This document shows positions 52,955-61,821 of a stretch of 64,000 nucleotides of DNA, one piece after another. The stretch's first letter is position 1. The number at the start of each line of letters is the position of its first letter. The stretch spans positions 160,001 through 224,000 of the forward strand of contig JAHKLY010000002.1 of assembly GCA_020854825.1 (NCBI GenBank), read 5' to 3'. Source of the stretch: Candidatus Micrarchaeota archaeon (lineage in GTDB: Archaea; Micrarchaeota; Micrarchaeia; Anstonellales; JAHKLY01). The position numbers and the translations under genes were made by a program. Under the pieces are notes generated by a model. That model was given only the letters and a program-made list of their open reading frames with translations, did no database searches and was not told the DNA's origin.

Positions 52955-53015
52955 GGCAATGAAGTCACCGTCCCAGTATGAGATTAACGATGATTACCGG
53001 AGTAGCTACTGAGCC
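52955..53015 (+). ncRNA. Box C/D guide sRNA
   Basis: GGC/GCC terminal stem; C-like ATGAAG, 13-nt guide, D' ATGA, C' GATGATT, 13-nt guide, D CTGA; TTTATAAA upstream. Confidence 0.8.
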
Positions 53016-53124
53016 CATTATTATATTTATACTTCTTCTAAAAACATATGTGTATAAATCTTTTGTAATATTATATATTAAAACTTTGAATACTAAAATT
53101 TATTTAAAAAATGAAGGTGTTAAT

Positions 53125-54345
53125 ATGAGTGTTTTTGAAAATAATATAAAAAGACTAGAAAATTTAAAAGAAATTATTAATATTACTGATGAACAGATGC
53201 AAATTTTATTGAAGCCTAAAAGAGAACTTAAAGGTAATATAAAAATAAATGGAAAAGAATACGAAGCATATAGAATAATATTTAATGATGCATTAGGACC
53301 TGGAAAAGGAGGAATAAGATTCCATCCAAAAGTAAATGAAGATGAAGTAAAATCTCTAGCCTTTTGGATGGCTTTAAAAAACTCATTAGTTGGATTGCCT
53401 TATGGAGGAGCCAAAGGAGGAGTAAGTATTGATCCTAAACAATTAACAAAAAAAGAATTAGAAGATGTTAGCAGACAATATATGCAATTATTTTATGAAA
53501 ACTTTGGACAAAATAAAGATATCCCTGCACCAGATGTAAATACTAATTCCCAAGTAATGGCTTGGATGCTTGATGAATATGAAAAAATTAAGAAAAAACA
53601 TGAATTTTCAATGATAACTGGAAAACCAATTGAGTTAGGAGGGTGCGAATTAAGAGCAGGAGCAACAGGACAAGGAGGAGCAATTGTTTTAGATAATATA
53701 ATAAAAAAAATTGGAAAAAATCCACATGAAACTACTGTTGCTATCCAAGGCTTTGGAAATGTTGGTTCATATTTAGCTAAATTTTTGTATGACAAAGGAT
53801 ACAAAATAATAGCCATCAGTGATATTACTGGAATGGTTTATGAAAATAATGGATTAAATATACATGAAATATTGGAAAATTTAAAAGATAAAACTTATTT
53901 AAATGAATTAGATCTTGAAATAAAAGATAATAACGAATTATTATATTTGCCTGTTGATGTTTTAGCACCTTCTGCATTAGAAAATCAAATAACAAAGGAA
54001 AACGCAGATAAAGTTAAAGCAAAAATAATTTTAGAAATGGCAAATGGTCCTACAACCTCTGAAGCAGATGAGATATTAAATAAAAATAATATTTTAGTTA
54101 TACCTGATATTTTAGTTAATTCAGGAGGAGTTATTGTAAGTTATTTTGAATGGGTTCAAAATAAATTAGGGAATTTCTTTGAGATGGAAGATCTAGAAAT
54201 AAAATTAGAAAAAATATTAAACAAAGCCACAGATAATGTTTTTAATCATAAATTAAAAGAAAAACATGATTTAAGAACAGTAGCTTATGCGCTTTCTATA
54301 AACAGAATTTTAGACGCAGAAAAACTAAGAGGAAATTGTGAATAA
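53125..54345 (+). CDS. gdhA: Glutamate dehydrogenase
   Basis: GPGKGGIRFHP, GGAKGG, DIPAPD, QGFGNVG, GGVIVSYFEW; start moved to MSVFEN (SD AAGGTG). Confidence 0.95.
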   Translation: MSVFENNIKRLENLKEIINITDEQMQILLKPKRELKGNIKINGKEYEAYRIIFNDALGPGKGGIRFHPKVNEDEVKSLAFWMALKNSLVGLPYGGAKGGVSIDPKQLTKKELEDVSRQYMQLFYENFGQNKDIPAPDVNTNSQVMAWMLDEYEKIKKKHEFSMITGKPIELGGCELRAGATGQGGAIVLDNIIKKIGKNPHETTVAIQGFGNVGSYLAKFLYDKGYKIIAISDITGMVYENNGLNIHEILENLKDKTYLNELDLEIKDNNELLYLPVDVLAPSALENQITKENADKVKAKIILEMANGPTTSEADEILNKNNILVIPDILVNSGGVIVSYFEWVQNKLGNFFEMEDLEIKLEKILNKATDNVFNHKLKEKHDLRTVAYALSINRILDAEKLRGNCE

Positions 54346-54408
54346 TTTACAAGACATAAATAAACTAAGAATTCTTTAATACTTTCTTTTTTATTTCTTT
54401 TTTGAAAT

Positions 54409-56112
54409 CTATTTCAATTGTTTTTTTAGATCTTTTACTGTCTTTGCAGTTGTTATCATATCCTTATCTTGCGCCCAGCCTCTTCTTGCAGTTCCAATTC
54501 CTAATTCAATAAATCTTAAATGATCAATTGAATGCGCATCAGTCCCAATTGAAAGTTTAACTCCTTGTTGTATTGCGCGTCTTACATTATCTGCATTTAA
54601 ATCTAATCTATTTGCATAACAGTCTATTTCTAAAATAGTATCTGTTTGTTTTGCTTTTTCAAATATCTTATCTAAATCTACTTCATATCCATTTCTTTTT
54701 CCTATAACTCTCCCTGTTGGATGCGCTATTATATCAACGTGTTCATTCTCCATTGCTTTCATAATTCTTTCTGTCATTTTTTCTTTTGGCATTTTAAAAT
54801 TAGAATGAACTGCACCTAAAACTATATCTAACTCTTTTAATATTTTATTTGGAACATCAACTGATCCATCTTTTTTAATATTTGCTTCGACTCCTTTAAG
54901 CACAGTAATTCCATTTAATTTTTTATTTACATTATCAATTTCTTTAGCTTGTTTCTTAAAATCAGATTCTTTTAATCCTTGAGCAATTGTTAAATCTGCT
55001 AAAGAATGGTCAGTTATCAAAATATATTCATGCCCTAATTTCTTTGCCGCTTTAGCCATTTCTTCTATTGTATATGCTCCATCACTCCATTTAGAATGCA
55101 TTTGCAAATCGCCGTAAACTTTTGAAATTAAATTAGGTATTTTATTTTTTTGTGCTAATTCAACTTCTCCTTTATTTTCTCTCATCTCAGGAGGAACAAA
55201 TTGAAGATTTAGTTTTGAATATATATCTTTTTCTGTTTTACTTGCTATTGATTTTTTATCCTTAAACAAACCATATTCATTTAATTTTAAATTATGTTTT
55301 AGTGCAATTCTCCTTAATGCAATATTATGTTCTTTAGATCCTGTAAAATACATCATTGCAGCCCCAAATTCTTCTGCATTAAAAATTCTTAAATCACAAT
55401 CAATTCCAATATCTAAAAATACTGTACTTTTAGTTTTTCCTTTTGATTTAATTTTTTCAACATATTTTAAAGAAGTAAATTTATCCATTACTTGTTTTGG
55501 TTTATTTGAAACTACTAAAATATCTATATCCCCTATTGTTTCTTTCATTCTTCTTAATGAACCTACTACTTCTATTTGAGTAATTGTTTTATCTTTTTTT
55601 AATTCTTGTTTTATTTCATTTGCTATTGGTAATACATAACCTAATAATTGCCTTCCTTTTATTTTTGAAAGCATTTGAATCCCACTTAAAATTTCTTCTT
55701 CTGATTTTTCTCCAAACCCCTCTAATTTTCTTATTTTTTTAGATTTAACTGCTTTTTCGAGATCTTTTAAATTTTTTATATTTAATTCTTCATAAAGATG
55801 TTTTATTTTTTTAGGACCTAAAGAAGGTATTTTTCTTAAATTATAATATTCAATCGGGATTTCTTTTTTTAATTTAGTATGTGTTCCTATTTTCTCAGTT
55901 TCTATATACTCTATTATTTTTTCTTTTATTGATTTTCCAACTCCTGAAATACTCTCTAATCTATCTTTTTTATATAATACTTCTATATCTTCAGATAAGG
56001 ATTCAATTGCTTGTGCTGCATTTCTATATGCTCTAGGACTCCATGCAATTCCTTTAAGATCTAATAAATCCGCTATTTCATAAAAAATTCTCGCTATTTC
56101 TCTGTTTTTCAT
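54409..56112 (-). CDS. polX: Family X DNA polymerase with PHP domain
   Basis: HhH region, GSLRR..TIGDIDIL, YFTGSKEHN, PHP motifs HS..SDG, TDHS, AHPTGR, TDAH. Confidence 0.96.
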   Translation of the reverse strand: MKNREIARIFYEIADLLDLKGIAWSPRAYRNAAQAIESLSEDIEVLYKKDRLESISGVGKSIKEKIIEYIETEKIGTHTKLKKEIPIEYYNLRKIPSLGPKKIKHLYEELNIKNLKDLEKAVKSKKIRKLEGFGEKSEEEILSGIQMLSKIKGRQLLGYVLPIANEIKQELKKDKTITQIEVVGSLRRMKETIGDIDILVVSNKPKQVMDKFTSLKYVEKIKSKGKTKSTVFLDIGIDCDLRIFNAEEFGAAMMYFTGSKEHNIALRRIALKHNLKLNEYGLFKDKKSIASKTEKDIYSKLNLQFVPPEMRENKGEVELAQKNKIPNLISKVYGDLQMHSKWSDGAYTIEEMAKAAKKLGHEYILITDHSLADLTIAQGLKESDFKKQAKEIDNVNKKLNGITVLKGVEANIKKDGSVDVPNKILKELDIVLGAVHSNFKMPKEKMTERIMKAMENEHVDIIAHPTGRVIGKRNGYEVDLDKIFEKAKQTDTILEIDCYANRLDLNADNVRRAIQQGVKLSIGTDAHSIDHLRFIELGIGTARRGWAQDKDMITTAKTVKDLKKQLK

Positions 56113-56165
56113 AGTATTCTAAAACATGCAAGGTTTAAAAAAATAAGTAAAAAAAGAAGATGGAA

Positions 56166-58256
56166 TTACTCTTCTGGATTTTCTTCTGTTTCAGTTTTTT
56201 GTGTTTCATTTTCTTCAGTTTTATTAGCTGATTCTGTTATTTCTTCACTTTGTTCTATTAATTTAAGTTTTACTTGTCTATCTGTTATATTACAGGAATA
56301 TATACTTTTGTCTGATAAAGAACCTAATATCTCTTGAATAGTTATTGTATATTTTCCTGCTGAAAATGCTTCACCTTCTTCTACAGTTTTTGTTGTTTCA
56401 CTTCCTTCAGTCCCAAAAACTAATTCTGCTTCTTTATTTTTAATAACACACTTACCATCTGATTCTGTAGTTTCAAAATTTAGATTTTCAATAGTCAATT
56501 TTAAATCTCCGAAATTTTCTGTATCTTTTTCCCCTAATACTATATCTTCAGACATTGGCTCTAAAATTCTGAATTCCGCTCTTTTATTTGAAACCTTGCA
56601 AGATTTGCCACTTAACTCTACATCTCCCAATACATCCTCTAACTTAACTCCAATATCTCCAATAGATATAGAATTACCAACAAGTACATTGGACTTTGAT
56701 TTTCCATAACTTAAGATAACATCTCCTTTTATAGGAATACATGCAGATTCAACTTTTACAGTCAAAGTAACTTTTTCATCAGTAACAATACATTTATCAG
56801 TAACTTCATTGTAATCAACAGAAATATCAAATTCATCAACTGAAACTAATATATTATTTTTTGCTCCAGTTGTTGCATTATTTCCAGAATCTAATTTTAA
56901 AGTGTGTGTTTTTGTCCCCTCAATTACTTTCAACTGAACTTTATGGTTTGAAGAAGTACATTCATTAGAAGGTAAAACTAATGTTAATTTAACTTTTTCA
57001 TTACTTATATTACAAGTACCATTAATTGAACTGTCCATATCTTCTGTTATTGCATTTACTTTTACTCTTTCACCAGTTATAAATACTTTTTCATCACCAT
57101 AACCCAAAGTGAATATTTCTGTGCTTAAATCAGGAAATAATAATTCTAAGTCTACTTCTCTATTAGTTAAAGTACATTCAGTATTATAAGTTGTTATTCT
57201 TAAAGTTACTTCTTTATCAGAAACTACACATTCGTCTTCAATACATTCAATATTTGAATTTACCTCTGTTACTTGTACTCTTATTCTATTACTTACAAAT
57301 TCTGAATCTCCTTCATTTAAAATAAAGGTTTTTGCAGTTCTTGAACCTTCTGGTTTAACTTTTAGCGTAACTTTCTCAGATACAATCTCACAATCTTCAG
57401 TACAATTTTCAGTTTCTATTTCTATTTTATATATCTGAATATTTGTTCTTTCATCCAAAGTTACTTGATTACTTTCTCCATAAGTTGCAATTAATACATC
57501 TGTATCTGGTGAACCTACAACTTGATTTATATCTCTAATTTTAAGTGTATAATCACTAGGTAAAGACGCTTGTGAATTTTCTGATTTTGTAATTGCTGTT
57601 TCTGCCATATCTCCTATGGAGGTACCTTCAGTTATAGATACAACTTCAATTGTGATATCATTCCCTACTTCTTTTGATGTTCCTTCTTCATATGTATATG
57701 TATTAGAAAAAGAATTGATGTATTCTGCAGTCATAGAAATAGATTCAACTAAAATTTCAGTACCTGAAGAAATTTCAAACTTTTCTGTAACCGGTACTAC
57801 TTCTCCCCTAGATGCTAGCTCTGATGAAATAACATTCAATTTTATTTGTTTATCTTGTACTTCACAACCTTGTTGTTTAATATTAAATATTTGATTAATA
57901 TCTTCAATAAATAAACTACTTACGGCAGATAATTTCTCTTCATCTCCTTCAGTTAAAGTTACTGTTCTTTTTTCTTCTCCTTTTGATAATTCTAATTTAA
58001 CTTTTTCATTTGATATCACACACACTCCGTTTTCATATTTACTCCCTTCTGTTATGCTTTTTACTACTATATTCCAACCATCTAAAGTTATATTTTCACC
58101 ATTTCTTAAATTAATCGACTCATCAATTGAAACACAAGTACAGTCTTCTAATTGTTTAAAACCTTCTGGACATTCTGTTTCACACTCCGATGTTTCAATA
58201 CACCCGAAAAATATTAATGCCATTAATAATATTCCCAACACCATATACTGTTTCAT
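56166..58256 (-). CDS. Acidic beta-rich surface lipoprotein built from about 12 repeats (S-layer/adhesin-like)
   Basis: FFGC lipobox; recurring (L/Y)xxG..I/V-x-V-x-x-I and CxxxxEKVxL segments. Confidence 0.8.
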   Translation of the reverse strand: MKQYMVLGILLMALIFFGCIETSECETECPEGFKQLEDCTCVSIDESINLRNGENITLDGWNIVVKSITEGSKYENGVCVISNEKVKLELSKGEEKRTVTLTEGDEEKLSAVSSLFIEDINQIFNIKQQGCEVQDKQIKLNVISSELASRGEVVPVTEKFEISSGTEILVESISMTAEYINSFSNTYTYEEGTSKEVGNDITIEVVSITEGTSIGDMAETAITKSENSQASLPSDYTLKIRDINQVVGSPDTDVLIATYGESNQVTLDERTNIQIYKIEIETENCTEDCEIVSEKVTLKVKPEGSRTAKTFILNEGDSEFVSNRIRVQVTEVNSNIECIEDECVVSDKEVTLRITTYNTECTLTNREVDLELLFPDLSTEIFTLGYGDEKVFITGERVKVNAITEDMDSSINGTCNISNEKVKLTLVLPSNECTSSNHKVQLKVIEGTKTHTLKLDSGNNATTGAKNNILVSVDEFDISVDYNEVTDKCIVTDEKVTLTVKVESACIPIKGDVILSYGKSKSNVLVGNSISIGDIGVKLEDVLGDVELSGKSCKVSNKRAEFRILEPMSEDIVLGEKDTENFGDLKLTIENLNFETTESDGKCVIKNKEAELVFGTEGSETTKTVEEGEAFSAGKYTITIQEILGSLSDKSIYSCNITDRQVKLKLIEQSEEITESANKTEENETQKTETEENPEE

Positions 58257-58304
58257 ATAAAATCACCACTTTAAATAATTATAATAAACTATTTAAATAT
58301 GATG

Positions 58305-59180
58305 TTATTCTTTTTTAATATAACAAAGAATTAGGATTACTATTAAAACATATAAATTAAGTAAATTAATTCTATAAAATGTATGTAAGTGTTGATTTAT
58401 TATTATAAAAATAATATAAAAAATTAACCCATAAAAATATTTTTTTGGCATTAATTTAAATAATAGGTCTACTTTATCTAAATAAGACGTTTTGTAAACT
58501 TCACCAAATCTTAACTCAATCTTTTTTAATCCTCCAAAATCTTCTGAAAATATAGTTTTTTCCAATTTATTTAAAAACTCTAAAATTTCGGTTTTATTTT
58601 CTAAAGTTATTGTTTTTAATTTAAGAATTTCATCTAATGAAAAAAGTAGTGAATTTATTTCTTCCATTAATGAAGGATTGAGATCCTGCATATTTGCATC
58701 TATTAATGAATTTTTAATTTTGAAAAATTCTAATTTTAAGTCTTTTACTGACTTTTTAACTTCATCTAAATATACTCCTTTATTCAAAGGCTCTTCTAGT
58801 GTTCTTTCTGTTTTAACAATTAAATATTTTAGATAATCGCTATATGTAAATCCGTAATTCTTTTTGAAATAAGATAAAAATAATTTTAATGAAGGTCTAA
58901 TTATTTGTATATTTAAAAATGATAATAATTTTTCTAATAAAAAAACTATAATCAAAAGAAAAAGAGTAATTAAAAATAATGCAAGAAATGAGGCCAGTAT
59001 TGAAAAAATAAAAAATATAGAAATATTAACAGGATCTAAAAAATTTGAATAAAAAGTTATTAAATAATAGAAAATAGATAAAAAAGATAAGAGATACACA
59101 ACCCCATGCCACCATCTTCTAAATGAGACAGCATCTGAAATATCTTCATATACTATACTACCATTTGTTTTAGATTTCAT
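58305..59180 (-). CDS. Hypothetical membrane protein
   Basis: Two TMs, soluble helical region, two TMs; SD GGTGTGA. Confidence 0.7.
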   Translation of the reverse strand: MKSKTNGSIVYEDISDAVSFRRWWHGVVYLLSFLSIFYYLITFYSNFLDPVNISIFFIFSILASFLALFLITLFLLIIVFLLEKLLSFLNIQIIRPSLKLFLSYFKKNYGFTYSDYLKYLIVKTERTLEEPLNKGVYLDEVKKSVKDLKLEFFKIKNSLIDANMQDLNPSLMEEINSLLFSLDEILKLKTITLENKTEILEFLNKLEKTIFSEDFGGLKKIELRFGEVYKTSYLDKVDLLFKLMPKKYFYGLIFYIIFIIINQHLHTFYRINLLNLYVLIVILILCYIKKE

Positions 59181-59292
59181 CTATCACACCACACTAGTAT
59201 ATATTAGAGTATTTTATTTTATAAAGGTTTTCTTTTATGGAAAATTACGATTTTTAGAAAAAATAATTAAAAACTAAGTAAATAAATAGCCT

Positions 59293-59418
59293 GCCTCAGA
59301 CTCTGTCAGCCTTCACATTGCAACATCATAATAAATCATAATGCGCTAGACGGTTGTTCATGTCATCATCGGCTTATACCAATAATTATGATTGCTTGCG
59401 CGTTCATATATTATCGGC
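59293..59418 (-). ncRNA. Atypical box C/D-like sRNA with a 5' GNRA-capped hairpin
   Basis: GCC-GATGATGA..ATGA..ATGATGT..CTGA-GGC; own AAAGGTTTATAAA promoter at 59441-59453; GC-richer intergenic stretch. Confidence 0.65.
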
Positions 59419-59471
59419 ATTTATTTAATAAATTTTTTCCTTTATAAACCTTTGTCCTTTATTAAATTAAT

Positions 59472-60371
59472 TTATTCTAATTTTATTTTTCTTAAAATGT
59501 CTTTTGTTTTTTCAATTAATGTTTCGGCTCTTTCTTTTCCTTTTATTGCAAAAACTCCAACCCGTTTATGGCCCCCTCCACCATATTGACTTGCATATTC
59601 TCCAGCATTAAAATCAGTATTAATATCCTTCCTAAACATATTATATGAGACATTAATTTTTATTAAATCGGGTCTTTTTTTACTTTCATATATAATTATA
59701 CCAAATGGAACTGTTGAATATAAAGCATGAACTAAAAACTTTGCTATTTTTGAAGCTTGTTTTCCATTTCTCATATCTAAAACAAAAAATTTATTATCTT
59801 CAATTGTAGTCCAAGTTTTTATTATATCTTTATAAAATTCTATATCTTGTAATATTTTTTCAGCATTTTCTTTAACTTCAGGTATTTCTAAAATTTCTTC
59901 AGGTGTTTTTGTAGACAGCCAGTCTATCATCTTTAATAAATATTTATCTGTTTCCCAAGGATTTTCAATAACTATACAAGAAAAAGCAATTAAGATATAA
60001 GATTTTGGATCTAATATATCTTGTATTTCATATTCTGCCGAATCAATTGTATTTGTTGCTTCAATTAACTCTTTATATTTATCTAAATATGGATTTTCAT
60101 AATAATTATAAATTACTTGAGCACAACTTTTTTCTAAAGAAAAACTTCCTTTAATATTTAAATTATTTTTATTAGTTATATGATGATCAAACCACATACC
60201 ACATTTTTTATTATATGGTAAATCAGAAATTATATCATGTTTTGAAATATAAATTTTATTTCTATATATAACATTAGGAGTTGTAAAAATAATTTTATCA
60301 ATTTGTTCCATTTGTTTTAATAAAATAGCAGAAACCATTCCATCAAAATCTCGATGAGTTATTAATCTCAT
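59472..60371 (-). CDS. DHH/DHHA1-family phosphoesterase (NrnA-like)
   Basis: DFDG, SDLP, FDHH, GGGGH. Confidence 0.92.
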   Translation of the reverse strand: MRLITHRDFDGMVSAILLKQMEQIDKIIFTTPNVIYRNKIYISKHDIISDLPYNKKCGMWFDHHITNKNNLNIKGSFSLEKSCAQVIYNYYENPYLDKYKELIEATNTIDSAEYEIQDILDPKSYILIAFSCIVIENPWETDKYLLKMIDWLSTKTPEEILEIPEVKENAEKILQDIEFYKDIIKTWTTIEDNKFFVLDMRNGKQASKIAKFLVHALYSTVPFGIIIYESKKRPDLIKINVSYNMFRKDINTDFNAGEYASQYGGGGHKRVGVFAIKGKERAETLIEKTKDILRKIKLE

Positions 60372-60401
60372 AATGGTTTGTTAATTAGAAAGAAATAAAA
60401 G

Positions 60402-60660
60402 TGCTCCGGCCGGGATTGTCAGTCTACTGGCAATACTTGACATATGCCAATACATTTGAATTCCCGGACCTACAGGGTTCTTTTCTTTCCCTGGGGTTTC
60501 TTTTCTTACAAGAAAAGAAAGGCCACCCGGGTCGCCAGGAATCTCTGACCTCTTTTCTTTTTTCTTTCTTTTCCCGCAACGTACGGCTTTTCTTTCTTTT
60601 TAAAGAAAGAAAAGGGGCCGTGAGAGCCTGGTATCCTTGACCGGACTAGACGACCGGAGC
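60402..60660 (-). tRNA. tRNA-Glu(CTC) with three introns: 37/38 60541-60620, 53/54 60461-60525, 59/60 60416-60454
   Basis: Spliced 75-nt cloverleaf GCTCCGG..CCGGAGC-A, anticodon CTC at 60624-60622; central helices CTCT/AGAG, CCCG/CGGG and TTCA/TGAC. Confidence 0.93.
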
Positions 60661-60785
60661 AAACAAACATTAGTGAGCTTGAGATGTCCATTTGATACAT
60701 ATCAAATAGGACAGGAGCAAAAAATAAAATTAAGTGATAATAATGACTAGCACTATTTAAAAAAATAACTAAAAAAAGAAAAAAA

Positions 60786-61382
60786 TTAAAAAGGGTACAT
60801 CATTGATGATACTAATGTTCCCGATGATTGCATTATAGAGTATATTAAAACAAAATAAAATACTAATAATACTCCAAGCATAAATGCAGAAACTCCTACT
60901 AATGCAATTATCATATCTGTTTTAAAGAATGTTTTAACACCATTATACATAGTTGCAGTTCCAAGCAAAACAAAAGGAGTTGCAATTAAAAAGGCTAATA
61001 ACATTCCTAAATCTGGGATTTTAAATAATAATGAAGCTAATAAAAATCCTACTGAAATTGGTACTAATGAATATGCAAAAGTACTTACTCCAGCAAAATA
61101 AGAGGATTTTGTCCCTAATGCTTCCATAACTTTATACAAGAAAAATCCTTTTATTAATCCTGCCAATATTATCAATACTGCACAAATTATTGCAAAAAAC
61201 ACTAATCCTATAATATTTAGGGAAGTAAATGATGCTGCAATATTTGAAAATAGTATAGCAAAAGCTAAAGCCATTAAAATAGCTCCTATTATCAATACTA
61301 CTATTGAATCTTTAATCTCTTTCTTTTTTACTGCCTCATCTACTGCTAGATTAGGTTTCCAAATCAAATTTATAAAATTCAT
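60786..61382 (-). CDS. Yip1-family membrane protein
   Basis: N-terminal LIWKP, five TMs, AYSLVP; SD GGAGGTG. Confidence 0.75.
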   Translation of the reverse strand: MNFINLIWKPNLAVDEAVKKKEIKDSIVVLIIGAILMALAFAILFSNIAASFTSLNIIGLVFFAIICAVLIILAGLIKGFFLYKVMEALGTKSSYFAGVSTFAYSLVPISVGFLLASLLFKIPDLGMLLAFLIATPFVLLGTATMYNGVKTFFKTDMIIALVGVSAFMLGVLLVFYFVLIYSIMQSSGTLVSSMMYPF

Positions 61383-61493
61383 AAATACACCTCCAAGTAT
61401 ATATAAAATTCAATTAAAAATTGGAAGGGTATTCTTTTAAATCTTATGATTGTAAAAAATATAATAAACCTTTAACCTTGAGGTGATTGATAA

Positions 61494-61694
61494 ATGGCAG
61501 AGAAAAAAATTATAGACTGGATCGCTTATGTACTATTAATTATTGGCGGTCTGAATTGGGGGCTTTATGGATTACTAAATATGGATTTAGTAGCTCTATT
61601 ATTAGGAACAATCCCAATATTAGCAACAATTGTATATCTATTAGTAGGTATATCCGCAATATATGTATTATATGTATTAGTTGCTAAAAAATAA
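61494..61694 (+). CDS. DUF378 small membrane protein
   Basis: LLIIGGLNWGL.G..DLV, VYLLVGISA. Confidence 0.92.
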   Translation: MAEKKIIDWIAYVLLIIGGLNWGLYGLLNMDLVALLLGTIPILATIVYLLVGISAIYVLYVLVAKK

Positions 61695-61821
61695 ATTTTT
61701 CTTTTTTTTTCTTTTTTTACAAATTAAAACTCGATTTTTGAATTTTAAATTTTAGGCTTAAGATTATAAATCTTATACTTGATAAATTTCTTAACTAAAT
61801 TAGTTAAAATGAGGTGAAAAT

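Noticed and set aside
52955-53015. Fluoride riboswitch (GGCAATGAAGT start)
   Set aside because: Lacks the pseudoknot pairing and a fluoride-related gene; C/D boxes with rRNA-complementary guides explain it better
52978-53124. 49-aa N-terminal extension of glutamate dehydrogenase
   Set aside because: Overlaps the C/D sRNA and promoter; SD-preceded ATG at 53125 fits the family
60401-60700. ORFs 60401-60640 (+) and 60506-60700 (-)
   Set aside because: Spurious frames over the intron-containing tRNA-Glu
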